In this document: positions 1-13,000 of the stretch, in pieces | How the letters are laid out: the number at the start of each line of letters is the position of its first letter | How positions within the stretch are numbered: position 1 is the stretch's first letter | Source: Basidiobolus meristosporus CBS 931.73 | Taxonomy: Eukaryota; Fungi; Basidiobolomycota | Assembly (NCBI GenBank): GCA_002104905.1 | Contig: MCFE01000181.1 | Span: 77,447-141,446 of the forward strand | Length of the DNA stretch: 64,000 bases | Reading direction: 5' to 3' | The notes under the pieces: model-generated | Told to the model about the DNA's origin: nothing | Database searches by the model: none | The model's input: the letters and a program-made list of their open reading frames with translations, nothing else | Made by a program: the position numbers and the translations under genes

Positions 1-1045
1 GAAGAAAATGCTTTAATAAGCAATGATAACCAACAAAGGAGGTACCCAAGACCCTACAAAGGCAACAGCAACCTGTTTTGTAACTACTGCAAAAGGAAAG
101 GACACACATCAGACCGGTGTCTCAAAAAGAAAGATAATCAGCAAAAGAAGCCTGAATATGGAAATGCTGCAACAACTGAAGATAGACTATTCATATCTGC
201 ACTAAATATGACCACAAACAAGGATTCTCAGATGTGGTATATTGACTCTGGAGCTTCTCAACACTTTACACACCAGAAAGAACTTTTTACCTAATATCAA
301 GAAATTCCAATTAAGAAGGTTTTCATGGGTAACAATAGAACACTTGATGCAGTGGGAGAAGGAACTATCCAAGTAAACCTTAGAAGCAGTGAAGGAAGCC
401 GTACACTGACCTTTAAAGAAGTACTCTATGTACCAGAATAAGCCAAGAACCTACTCTCTGTAAGCAAGGCCACAGCAGAAGGACTCAGTTTCAGTTTTGA
501 CAATTCTGGATGCAGCATCACTGATCAAAATGGTGCTCATATTGCTTTGGGCATCAGAGATCAGAATCTATACAAGTTGACTTACATTCCATCATATTTG
601 GAGGCCAATATAAGTAACTTAAATGAAGAAACACCAATGCTTTGGCACAGGAGATTTGGGCACATCAATTTTGATTATTTGCACAAAATGATCAAAGATC
701 AGCTAATTTCTGGAGTGAAAATTGATCCCCCAGCTAATTTGGAGCACTGTGAAGCCTGCATATATGGGAAACAAGCCAGACAACTGTTCAAGAGCTCTGG
801 GTTAATCAAAACTAAGAAAAAATTAGATCTAATTCACTCAGATCTGTGTGGACCTATGCAAATTTATCCTTAGGCGGGATGAAGTATTTAATCACTTTTA
901 TTGATGATTATAAAAGATACACATGGGTCTACTTCATGGAGAGAAAGGAAGAAGCTCTGTCTAAGTTTAGGGAGTTTAAAGCCATGGTGGAGAGAGAAAC
1001 TGGTGAAAAAATCAAGAAAATACGCTTTGACAATGGTGGAGAATA
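1..1045 (+). pseudogene. Ty1/copia gag-pol fragment (gag zinc knuckle, protease, GAG-pre-integrase, integrase N-terminus), disrupted
   Basis: Reading frames give YCKRKGHTSDRC (CCHC knuckle), WYIDSGASQH (protease), LWHRRFGH...CEACIYGK (integrase zinc-binding region) and LDLIHSDLCGP...YLITFIDDY (integrase core). A frameshift lies near 870. Near-identical to 50550-51570 and 54825-55675. Confidence 0.95.
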
Positions 1046-1394
1046 TGTTGTAAAAGTTCATATTTCCACCTCAATATTCACTTAACTTAGTCACTTAGAT
1101 CATCACCTTCAAATCCTAGAGAATACTGACCAAATTCCTTGTCAGGATTTACTTAGAATATTTTCACCAAAATACCAGGTACCCAGAACATGAAAATTCT
1201 CAAAGTTGTCCAGACAGCCCCAAACTTTGCACACATGTTCTTGGGACCTTCCTTAACCTATTCTACGTGTTTGTATTGCCAAGACCAGGTAAAAGTATAA
1301 ATACTACTTTTACATTCAATAAATCATTAAGTGAAAACCACATAATCTACTTGTCCTCCCAATCACTTCCAATATCTCCAAGACTCTTACAACA
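1046..1394 (+). repeat. Copia LTR (349 bp), joined directly to integrase sequence on the left and to CACTA subterminal DNA on the right
   Basis: TGTTGTAA...TTACAACA termini; closely matches the LTR at 53849-54197, which is followed by a PBS and gag. Flanks GAATA / ATCAT give no TSD. Confidence 0.9.
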
Positions 1395-1727
1395 ATCATG
1401 ACGGTGTTTTGCAAGTTTTACAGCCAAATAAAGGAATAAAACTTGACAATTTTTGATTGGTGCTGTGACAATATTTGCATGGTATTGTTGCGGTCTTTCA
1501 GCGCTTTATTACTATTTTAAGTGGAACCAGTTGGCCAGGACTTCCAATTGCCTTATATAGCAAGAAACTTGACGGTATTTTGACGGCCTCACAGCAAGAC
1601 TCTGATGGTGTTTTCTTGGCAGTGTGATGGCCTGCTGCTTCATATATTCCACTGTAGAATCACCTTTCTTTATTTGATTACCCACTACTACCTTGGGTAT
1701 TCCACATATAGCTTGAATCAAAAAATA

Positions 1728-4007
1728 CTATGGCCTCCTGCTACTAACCTCTACAAATGTGCACACCTGCCGCAATTGACATATTTCTATCACCTCAACT
1801 TTACAGCTTCTTAGTGTGATACTTGCAAAGTTGCCATATACCTTGTACTGCTGGTAGCATATACACTTGCAAACATATGCTTGGTTGTTGCCACTTCTGC
1901 CATGAATACCTGCTGAATATTGGCAAAGAACTTCTTGGTATTTAGCCAATATATTCCTTCTCCCTGCTGGATTCAAGTCCCCCTTATAGGTGTGCTCTGG
2001 CATTTGTTGGTGTGAATTCCGTATTGAATGGTGTAGAAGTTGGCTTGTGACCACAAGAAGTCTGGCATATCTTGGTGGAGTTTTCCTGATAAAAATTAGT
2101 TGCTTGTTGCACCCAACCCAACTTTGCATTTCTTAACTAATTACCCACTCATTGGGGCTGCTTAGCTTTGTAATGCCATAGGCATAGGTGTCTCCATGTG
2201 CACATTTGTCCTCAGTATTTCCCAACTCTCTCTGGCTGTCCTCCATGTGCCAACTCATCACTTCCATGATGGACTTGGAGGTAATATTCTTGATGTGATT
2301 GGGATATGGTAGTACCTGTGACTTGACTTGTCTTCCTATCTCCCCACACATCTGCTCCACAGGAAACTCCCAAAAGGTGAAGCAAGGCCCAATATTCTCC
2401 ACACACCATGCAAGATGGAGTAGAGAATGGATACAGTAGCAATGAAATGACCCATGTACAACTTGGTCATCAGTATTGGGATATTGTTGAAAAGCAAATG
2501 CATTGCTCCCAGTGGAAGGCTTTTGCTCCAAGAGATCCCCTCTATCTTAGGTATCTCTGGTTTCTTGTGGATTCCATATTCCAGCCAATGGCTTATAGCT
2601 TGCCAACTTTGCTGCAATTGCATGCTTACTTCTGTACATTCTCTCAGTGGAAAGATGGTGTTCTTAGTGCCAATGTTTGGGTAATAATAATGTGTGTGAG
2701 TTATTGAGTAAATCCCCTGGATCTCACACATTTGACAGCAATACCATCCATTGTGCCCAGAAAAACAAGCTATCTTGCTGATGGCTGGGGTATCTCCAAT
2801 GCAGATAATAATATGTGCTTTTACATGAAAGCCATCTACCATTATCCTGCTGGAAAGCATACAAAATTCATCCAGCAATGGATACAGGTAGCTATCCAGG
2901 TTGGACGGTGACTTAGGCCTAGATACCAGAGAGACTACCATCAGAGTATTGCTCTAATACCATAAGATGGGTGGCAGATTCAGATTGATGAGAATCAGTG
3001 GCCAGCAGGATTTGCTGGTAGAGTACTAGTTTAATGAGAATCCATCAGGTGCTAAAGCAAAGGCATGGTCATACATACTTCAAAGTAGCCCTTGCTTCTT
3101 AGCTGTTTGTAATGTTTGCCATGAAATATATTGGATATGTTTGCACTTGATTGATACTGAGTGCGATACTGTATAGCTTTGCAATATTTGTTGGACTGCA
3201 TCAGCTTCCTCAGACAGGGTATGACTGGAATATATCTGGAGTATGAACAATGTTTTCCCTCAATGGTGGTGGATTCCTGACAATTTGGACACATTGCAAT
3301 GGTAGCATTTTTGGATGTGAATGCCATGCAACTGTTAACACATGCTGGAATCAGGACAATCTCTGGGTCATATGTTACCAGCCACATGACAGTTGTCCAC
3401 TTGTACCATGTACATGGTAGGTTGCATCCTGGTATGATTTTGGCAAGAAGTAGTAATAAATCCTCAAAGCCCCCATTACTGATATTAGTGGAAATGCACC
3501 ACTTCTCTAGCCACAATATTACCTTATTCACTAGTAGATGGATTACTGGGCTCACTTGGCTCCATAAAGTACCCTTGGCATTTGTTTCAATGGGTGTTGT
3601 CTCATTGCATATAGGGACTTGACCGGGCTCATATGTTGTACGTTGTTAGGGGAGATAGGCTCAAAATCCATCAGTGAACCTTCTTTGTAAGAGCTATCAC
3701 TCTGTGTGCCATAATCAGAAGGCTATGGTGAGCCTAAAGGTGTCACAAACTCACCTGACTCAGTTTGCGCAAGGTGACAAAGATGGCCAGGTGCCAATAT
3801 AGAAGTATCAACTGGCCTGCAAGTTAATGTTGGTACAGTAGTGACCAATGAATGGTCAAATATGACTTGGGTGGCAAAACACTGGCCGTGATCCTTGTAA
3901 TACTTCCTATGCTGTCTGTGTGCTTCATAGCTGAGAGGCTTGCCACAATAGCCACATGGTCTTTTTTCTCTTCTCTTACAGCGTTGAGTCAAAGTAGTCT
4001 TGTCCAT
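1728..4007 (-). pseudogene. CACTA-type (tnp2/Transposase_21-like) transposase, fragmented
   Basis: Consecutive ORF pieces: N-terminal CGYCGK motif (3723-4007); IPACVNSCMAF...CPNCQE (3052-3555); RPKSPSNLDSYLYPLLDEF...GDTPAISKIACFSGHNGWYCCQMCEIQG (2336-2941); CIGPCFTFWEFPVEQMCGEIGRQVKS (DUF4218-like, 2133-2531). Family assignment is from motif recognition, not a database search. Confidence 0.85.
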
Positions 4008-5767
4008 GGGGCAAACAGTATGACCTTCAACAACGTAATACTATTGTACCACTTTTTGGTCAATACTCATGTGAACTTAAGACAGTGTTGTACTTGAGAC
4101 ATTGCACCTATATGAATTTAAGATTCAATGATGACCCGCCATAGCAAGCATTATAAATAAAGTTGTGGCACCACATACACATGTATATGTAAGACTATTT
4201 CCCCTTTGGTTTGACTCACTACCATATATATGCCACCAAAAAATAAAGCAAAGTTGTGTGGTTCTCAACCAAACCCCACCGCTGATGGCAACAGAAGAAC
4301 GGTTGGACAATAGCTTGCTTTGACAATTAGTGCAACAAGCAGGACTACATCCAAAAAAGGCCCTGTGGACAGTGTGCCCATTGAAGGTAACAATGCAGAC
4401 TCCTCAGGCTCTCAGTCAAGTAGGCAACTGTGAACCTCTGTGGAGCCACAAGCTGACTGTTATGCTCAGGCAGTTGAGAATGTAGCAAATGCAGTACCCT
4501 CAGTTGAAGATCAGCAAGTGGCCACAATAACATCACCACCACCCATATTAGCAAGTATATTGTCAGCTCATACCAAAGCATTAATGAAGCAATTAGGAGC
4601 AATGGCTGATAGGATAGATGCAATGGCCCAGAGAAATCAGGAAGTAGTCCAGGAACAGGATGAGCGGATAATATGTTTAGAGCAATCAATATCCCAGGTA
4701 GAGAAAGCAGTATCTTTGCTGCAAAGAAGGAACTCAAATAGCTCAATGTCATAGCCAAGAATTGAGCCATTTCCCAATGTAACATCAGAGGAACACCATA
4801 CAGTCTTTAAAGCACAACAATGGTGCCCAAAGATAAAGCCCACAGAAAAACCTATCACAGCATGGGAGGGAGACAATATGGTGTTTATATCAAAGCCTAA
4901 AAATCAAAAGACATTGAAGATCTGTGAAGCTGTCAAGTGCGATAATGAAGATTGGGCTAATATACAAGAGGTCATCAGAAGTCTAGCATGCCATCACCTT
5001 AAGGCTGGCATACCATGGGACCATCAGGAACTCAAAGTCAAGCAGAATGCACTTGACTTGTTCCATGAGCATTATCCCAGATTCAAATGGGCAATCAGAT
5101 TTTGGGCCAGAATTGGTATGCTAAGAAAGTATCTTAAAAATAGCAGAAACTATCAAAGGCAGAAGAACAAGGGTGCCATGGCTAAAAACCAGCGGCTTCC
5201 TCAAGAGCCCATTACAAGCAGTTCCAAAAGCTCCAGACAAGCATCAAAGAGACATCAGGCAGCTGGAGGAGTGCCAATTAAGTACAAGCAAGCAGACATG
5301 AATGCACCAGCACAGCATTTATCAAGAAAATGTGTAGTACCACTCAAGAAGCACCCAGTCAAAGTAGCAATGAAGGACCTGGCAATGATAAAAACCAGCC
5401 ACTTTTACTGGAGCTTGTCACAACTACAGTTGAGAGCTCAAAACAAGCAGAAAAGAAACATCAGGTTGCCAGAAGAGTTCCAGCAAGGGACAAGCAGGCC
5501 AAAACAGATGTATCAGAGCAGAATTTATCCAGGAGAAAACGTAGTTCTTTGCAAGAAGCACTCAGACAAAGTAGCAGTGAAAGACCGGGCGGTGATAAAG
5601 GAAAAGGTAAAGGGAAAATGTCTACCCAAGCCTGAGACAGGGAGGCATGCAAAGAAAACTGCAGTCCTTGCCAATTAATGCCGCAAGCCAGGAACAGACT
5701 GGATCCCATCATAGCCAAGAAGAATTACCAACAAGAAAACAGCTGTTTTTACAAGCATTGGAAGCGT

Positions 5768-6835
5768 TGTGGTGATGTATAGGTCCAAGGGAGAGATACG
5801 TCCAACACTTCTCAAGTGTTTTGTGTGTGGGGTGTTCACTGGGTGCAATAACCTCTGGCAAAAGCTTGCTAGGAATACTTGGGTTCTGTCTCTAATCTAA
5901 TGTGAAGGGGAATAAAGCCACAAGCTTGTCAAGGGAAAACTATTGAGCTACAATCCCCAACTTAGTTGGCGTCTTAACAAAAGTATGTGCTGGGTTCAGC
6001 GTCCTTTGAGATGACAATGTACTAAAGCTTCCAAAGTCAAAACAACTGTAAACTCCACCAGCAGGGACTTGATAAGAATGCAGCTGTGGTCAATAGTTAC
6101 AAAGACAGAAAAGTATCTTTGCCTGTACAAGAACAAACTTGGGAAAGAATCAAATATAATAAAAGATACCTACTCTGAGTATTCCTCACAAGTAGTGCCT
6201 CCAAGGTCAGTTGGCTGTCAGCGTGGTTTCCTGGGAGTGTCCTGTGGTCTAGGGTTGGAAGTTCAGGCAGCAGGTAGCAGTGATCACACTAATCAACAAG
6301 TTGGTATATTGATAAAAGGGATGATGATTTATTGTTGAGGGATAGCCTCCCTTATATACTTTTCTTACTGGCTAAGTGATTACTAATCATGGTGTTCCAG
6401 AAGGTTCCGGATATCAATAGAAATCTTAATGACATCAGAATGACCTAAGAATGTTCTAAGTAGGTGCCGGAAGGTTCTAAGAGGCACAGCACATCCAACC
6501 AATCAGGAATCAGTATTCTGAATCCTGTGTAACATGGGGATACCATATATGGTATGGAAATGGTAGGGATGGTGACACGGGTTGATCATGTGTCACGGGT
6601 ACTGGCGCGGGTACTTGCCTAATATAGAAGCACTTGTAACTAGTAATCTTACATAAAGTGAGGGGTAACTTATGCAATAAGGTAAGCAGGTGTGATAGTC
6701 AACCGGCTTATGGGATAGTACTGATTGGGTAAGACAAATGGGATAAAACTAAAATGAGTGTAGTAGGGATATAGGGAAGTAGAAAATAAGGCAATGAGCA
6801 CATCTGTCAGTGGGTGTCACTGTCACCCCACTACA
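5768..6835 (-). repeat. Solo LTR of gypsy family 1, 4-bp TSD GCGT
   Basis: Reverse complement of the LTR at 55680-56758 (TGTAGTGGGG...CACCACA). GCGT at 5764-5767 and 6836-6839. The uninterrupted host site is visible near 13785. Confidence 0.93.
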
Positions 6836-7220
6836 GCGTAGCCAGTTGAGCTACACTCCAGCAAGGTAGATGAGTTTGCTGAAAAAGGCAATTTGTCTAC
6901 CACAGCCTCCATAGCCTCCATTGTTGACAGAGTGGAGATCCCACTGACAGATAAGGCTACAATGTCAAGAGCTCAAAAGACTCTCACAATGCCTTCAGTG
7001 GAGTTTTGGAACATAATAGGCACACCAAGAGGTTGCAGCACTTCTTCAAGAGCAGTGCTCAAGAAAATGCACTGGAATATTGCAAGGATTTATTGCAAAG
7101 ACTGGCAGATGAGGAGATAGACCTTGCAGTGCTTGCTGAAGACCAGGGTGTGTGGGAACCAGTGAATGAACAGTGGCATAAAGCCGTTTGGTTCCCACCA
7201 AAGTTGTGGAACCAGAGCGT

Positions 7221-8022
7221 TGTGGTGGTGTAGAGGTACTCCTGGGAGAAGCTACACAACTCAAGGTGTGTGAGGTGTCTGATGTGTGCAATAACCTCTG
7301 TGTCTAAACTGCTGGTGTCTTTGTCAATATGTCACTATGGTAAAAGCTCCTGCTTCTCTAGCTTCCTAGGTGCTCCAAGTGTCTCCAAAGGCCTCTGTAT
7401 GTCTTGTGCACTACCCTGAAATGCTCCTTGATGGCAGGTCTGAGATGTACTGTTGAAGGCAGGTGAGGTGATCAACTGCTAATCAATAAGGTAGAAGTGT
7501 TACTGATACAAGGGATGATTTATTGATAAGGGCTTGCCTTCCCTTAAATACTTTTCCTGATTGCCAAGACTACTAATGACAAGGTTCTAGTAGATTCTAG
7601 GTATCAGTGAAATTCTTGATGACATAATTATGAGCTAAAAATATGTCAAGAACGTCAAGGAAGGTTCTAAAAGGCACAGCACATTCAACCAATCAGGATT
7701 CAGTAGTCAGAAACCTGTGCAACATAGAAATACCATATATTGTATTGAAATGGTAGGGATGGTAACACAGACCTAGGTCATGTGTCACGGGTACCAATGT
7801 GAGTACTTGCCTTATGTAGATACATATACAGATCACAAAGCTGAATAACATCTGGGATAACTAATGCTAATAACTAATCAGGGTAAACATCATATGAGGA
7901 TAATACTGATAATATGGGCAAAAGAAGAATGGGATAATACTGATAAGATAAAATATGGATCAGTATATCATAATGACTATATGAATAAACTTGTCTGTGG
8001 GAGGTATGTTTACCCTACCACA
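7221..8022 (-). repeat. Solo LTR, diverged relative of gypsy family 1, TSD GCGT/GCAT
   Basis: TGTGGT...ACCACA termini; shares blocks with 5768-6835 (GTGCAATAACCTCTG, AAGGGATGATTTATTG, AACCAATCAGGA). GCGT at 7217-7220 and GCAT at 8023-8026. The empty site is visible near 14165. Confidence 0.88.
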
Positions 8023-10077
8023 GCATTGCAGCAGAAATACTAATTGAGTGGTGGATTTTAATGGAGTTACTTGTTGAGTGTGGGGTTGGGCTTAATGTTA
8101 GTGTAGGGTATACAGACTTGAATAGGTTAATACAATTGGCAATTGAGGTACAACTGATGTTTCAACGGAAATAAATCAACTTGTATGCATGAAAAGTAGG
8201 AGAAATGGTTGAGTCAGGAAGTAAGGGGTGTGAAAAAGAGGCAATAGCCAATCAATTCACACAAATGTAAGAGGTAATAGAGTGTCTGGGATCAGAAAGT
8301 GAGCACATTGACAGGGAACCAATCAGAAGCCAACTATACATTGTTGTGACGAAAATTTTTGACTAAGTTTTTTGTAAAATCTGGGGTGCAATATTTTTCA
8401 ATGGTCTCTGGACAGTGCCCTGACAAGATCAGTACCTCTTAGTCACGGGACATTAACTTTGTGACGGCCTTTTGACAGGATCATCTCCATCATTTTTCAC
8501 AGGGTATGAGTATTGACCAAAAAGTGATATAATAGCGTTACATTGTCGAAGGTCATACTGTTTGCCCCATGGACAAGATTACTTTGACTCAATGCCATAA
8601 GTGAAGAGAAAAAACATGATGGGGCTATTGTGACAAGCCTCTCAGCCATTAAACAGGCAGACAGCATAGGAACTATTGCAAGGATCAGGCCAGTGTTTTG
8701 CCACACAAGTCATATTTGACCATTCATCAGTCACTACTCTACCAACATTATCTTGCAGGCCAGTTGATACTTTTATATTGGCCCCTGGCCATCTTTGTCA
8801 CCTTGCGCAAACTGAGTCAGGTGAGTTTGTGACACCTTGAGGCTCACCATAGCCTTCTGAATATGGCACGCAGAGTAATAGCTCTTACAAAGAAGGTTGA
8901 CTGATGGATTTTGAGCCTATCTCCCCTAACAACAGTACCACATATGTACCCAGCAAGTCCCTATATGCAATGAGACAACACCAGTTGAGGCAAATGCCAA
9001 GGATACTTTATGGAGCCAAGTGAGCCCAGTAATTCATCTACTGGTGAATGATGTAATGTTGTGGCTAGAGAAGTGGTGCATTTCCACTAATATCAGTAAT
9101 GGGGGCTTTGAGGATTTATTACTACTTCTTTCTAAAGTGATACTAGGATGCAACCTATCATATACATGGTACAAGTGGTCAACTGTCATGCAACTGGCAA
9201 CAAATGATCCAGAGACTGACTTGATTCCAGCATGTGCTAACAGTTGCATGGCATTCACATCCAAAAATGCTACCATTGCAACGTGTCCAAATTGTCAAGA
9301 ATCCTCCACCATTGAGGGAAAACATTGTTCACACGCCAGACATATTCCAGTCATACCCCATCTGAGGAAGCTGATGCAGTCTGACAAATATTGCAAAGCA
9401 TACAGTACTGTACTCAGTATCAGTCAAGTGCAAACATATCCAATATATTAGATGGCAAACTTTACAAACAGCTAAGAAGCAAGGGCAACTTTGAAGGTAT
9501 GTATGACCATGCCTTTGCTTTAGCACCTGATGGATTCTCATTAAACAAGTACTCTACCAGCAAATCCTGCTGGCCACTGATTTGCATCAATATGAATCTG
9601 CCACCTATCTTACAGTGTCAGAGCACTAATCTGATGGTAGTCTCACCAGTATCTGGGCCTAAAGTCAACCTCTACACAATTCAATATGGAATTCACATAA
9701 ACAAAAGCCAGAGTGCACCTATAAGGGGGACTAGAATCCCGCAGGGAAAAGGAATATATGGGCTAAATACTTAGAGGTTGTTGGCAGATAATCATGAGGT
9801 ATTCAAGGCAGAAATGGCAAGAACTAAGCATATGTTTGCAAGATGTATATGTTACAGCAACACAAGGTATATGGCAACTTTGACAGTATCACACTAACAT
9901 GCTGTAAAGTTGAGGTGATAGAAGTATGTCAATTGTGGCAGGTGCGTGCATTTGTAGAGGTTAGTAAGCAGGAGGCCATAAATATTTTGATTTGAACTAT
10001 ATGTGGAATACCCAAGGCAGTAATGTGTAAGCAAATAAAGAGGGGTGATTCTACAGAGGAATATATGGATTGCAAAA

Positions 10078-13000
10078 CCCTATGAAAAATAATTTGGTCC
10101 TGCAGGTGGATCTGGATTGGATCAACCATCAAGATCCCATTTAGAGACCATCATAATACCAGCAGCTTGGAATTAGTGACCCTCCTGACAATCTTATGAT
10201 GGGATCATGACAGTGTTTTACTAATTTTACAACCAAATAGAGGGATAAAACTTGACAATAATTTATTGGTGCTGTGATGATATTTGCATGGTATTGTTGC
10301 GGTCTTTAGTGCTCTATACCTATTTTAAGTGGATCCAGCTGGCCAGGACATCCAATTGCCTTATATGGCAAGAAACCTAACAGTATTTTGACAGCCTCAC
10401 AGCAAGACTCTGATGGCATTATATTGGCAGTATGATGGCCTACTGCTGGTACTGTATAATGCTACCATACCAATTTACCAAATAGTATTTCCTTTTTCTA
10501 CCTCCCCTTGTGCAATTCATATATCCCACTGTATAATCACCCCTCTTTATTTGCTTACCCACTACTACCTTGGGTATTCTACATATAGTTCAAGTAAAAA
10601 AACTATGGCCTCCTGCTTACTAACCTCTACAAATGCGCACACCTGCCGCAATTGACATACTTCTATCACCTCAACTGTACAGCATTTTAGTGTGATAGTT
10701 GCAAAGTTGCCATATACCTTGTACTGCTGGTAACATATACATCTTGCAAACATATGCTTGGTTGTTGCCACTTCTGTCATGAATAACTCCTGAATATTGG
10801 CAAAGAACTTCATGGTATTAAGCCAATATATTCCTTCTCCCTGCTGGATTCTAGTCCCCTGTATAGGTGTGCTCTGGCTTTTGTTTGTGTGAATTCCATG
10901 TTGAGTGGTGTAGAAGTTGACTTGTAACCATGAGAATCCGGCATATCTTGGTAGAATTTTCCTGATAAAAATTAGTTGCTTATTGCACCCAACCCAACTT
11001 TGCATTACTTAACTGATTACCCACGCATTGGAGCTGCTTAGCTTCTTAATGCCATAGGCATAGGTGTCTCCATGTGCACATTTGTCCTCTGTATTTCTCA
11101 ACTCTTTCTGGCTGTCCTCCATGTGCCAGCTCATCACATCCATGATGGACTTGAAGGTAATATTCATCATGAGATTGGGACATGGTAGTACCTGCAACTT
11201 GACTTGTCTTCCTTGCTGGTAGAGTACTTGATTAATGAGAATCCATCAGGTGCTAAAGCAAAGGCATGGTCATACATACCTTCACAGTAGCCCTTGCTTC
11301 TTAGCTGTTTGTAATGTTTGCCATCTAAAATATTGGATATGAATGTCATGCAACTGTTAGCACATGCTGGAATCAGGTCAGTCTCTGGATCATATGTTGC
11401 CAGTTGCATGACAGTTGACTACTTGTACCATGTACATGATAGGTTGCATCCTAGTATCACTTTAGCAAGAAGTAGTAATAAATCCACATAGCCCCCATTA
11501 CTGATATTAGTGGAAATGCACCACTTCTCTAGCCACAACATTACATCATTCACCAGTAGATGAATTACTGGGCTCACTTGGCTCCATAGAGTATCCTTAG
11601 CATTTGTTTCAACGGGCGTTGTCTTGTTGTATATAGTGATTTTGCCAGGCTCATATGTGGTACTGTTGTTAGGAGAGATAGGCTCAAAATCCATCAGTGA
11701 ATATTCTTTGTTAGAGCTATCACTCTGCAAGCCATGTTCAGAAGGCTGAGGTGAGCCTAAAGGCATCACAGACTCACCTGACTCAGTTTGCACAAGGTGA
11801 CAAAGATGGCCAGGGGCCAATATAAAAGTATCAACTGACCTGCAAGATAATGTTGGTAAAGTAGTGACCAATGAATGATCCAATATGACCAGTGTGGCAA
11901 AACACTGGCCATGCTCCTTGTAATACGTCCTATACTCTCTGCATGCTTCATGGCTGAGAGGCTTGCCACAATAGCCACATGGTCTTTTTTCTCTTCTCTT
12001 ACAGTGTTGAGTCAAAGTAGTCTTGTCCATGTGGCAAACAGTATGACCTTCAATAATGTAATGCTATTATATCACTTTTTGGTTAATAATCATGTGGACC
12101 TAAGACAGTCTTGTATTTGACACATTGCACCTACATGAATGTAAGATTCAATGATGACCCACCATAGCAAGCATTATAAATAAAGTTGTGACACCACATA
12201 CACACATATATGTAACACTATTTCCCCTTTGGTTTGACTCATTACAATATATATGCCACCAAAGAATAAATCAAAGTTGTCTGGTTCTCAACAAAACCCC
12301 ACCATTGACAGCAACAGAAGAACAGTTGGACAACAGCTTGCTTTGACATTCAGTGCAACAAGCAGGGCTATAGGCAAAAAAGACCCTGTAGACAGTGCAC
12401 CTATTGAAGGTAAAAATGCGGACTCCTCAAGCTCTCAGTCAAGTAGGCAATTGAGAACCTCTGCATAGCCACAAGCTGACTGTTATGCTCAGGCAGATGA
12501 GAATGTAGCAAAAGCAGTACCCTTAGTTGAAGATCAGCAAGTGGCCATGATAACATCACCACCACACATATTAGCAAGTATGTTGTCAGCTTGTATCAAT
12601 GCATCAATGAGGCAATTATGTGCAGTAGCTGATAGTATAGGTGCAATGGCCCAGAGAAATCAGGAAATAGTCCAGAAACAGGATGAGCGGATCATATGTG
12701 TAGGGCAATCAATATCCCAGGTAGAGAAAGAAGTATCTTTGCTGCAAAGAAGGAGCTCAAGTAGCTCAATTTCACAGCCAAGAATTGAGCCATTTCCCAA
12801 TGTAACATCAGAGGGACACAGTGCAGTCTTTGAAGCTCAACAGCAGTGCCCAAAGATAAAGCTCACAGAAAAACCTATCATAGCATGGGAGGGAGACAAT
12901 CTGGTGTTTATACCAAAGCCTAAAAATCCAAAGACATTGATGATCTGTGAAGCCATTGTGTGCAATAATGAAGAGTGGGCTAATATACAAGAGGCTGTCA

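Larger units (their letters stand above)
4230..8180 (+). pseudogene. CACTA partner gene (second ORF) of copy A, frameshifted and split by two solo LTRs
   Basis: ORF pieces 4440-4754 and 4878-5678 (coiled-coil-like stretch, then WDHQELKVKQNALDLFHEHYPRFKWAIRFWARIGMLRKYLKN) are homologous to 12253-14322 and 47990-48900. End coordinate is approximate. Confidence 0.7.
1395..8504 (-). mobile_element. CACTA/EnSpm-like DNA transposon copy A (left end lost; strand given for the transposase)
   Basis: Transposase relic on minus (about 1500-4010), divergent partner gene on plus, and a right terminus ...TTTTTCACAGGG ending at 8504 that matches the termini at 10078, 14653, 15088, 18313 and 49807. Confidence 0.85.

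Noticed and set aside
23-205. 60-aa ORF repeated identically at 54847-55029, as a possible conserved small gene
   Set aside because: It is an alternative frame over the copia gag zinc-knuckle region; the identity simply reflects two close copia copies.
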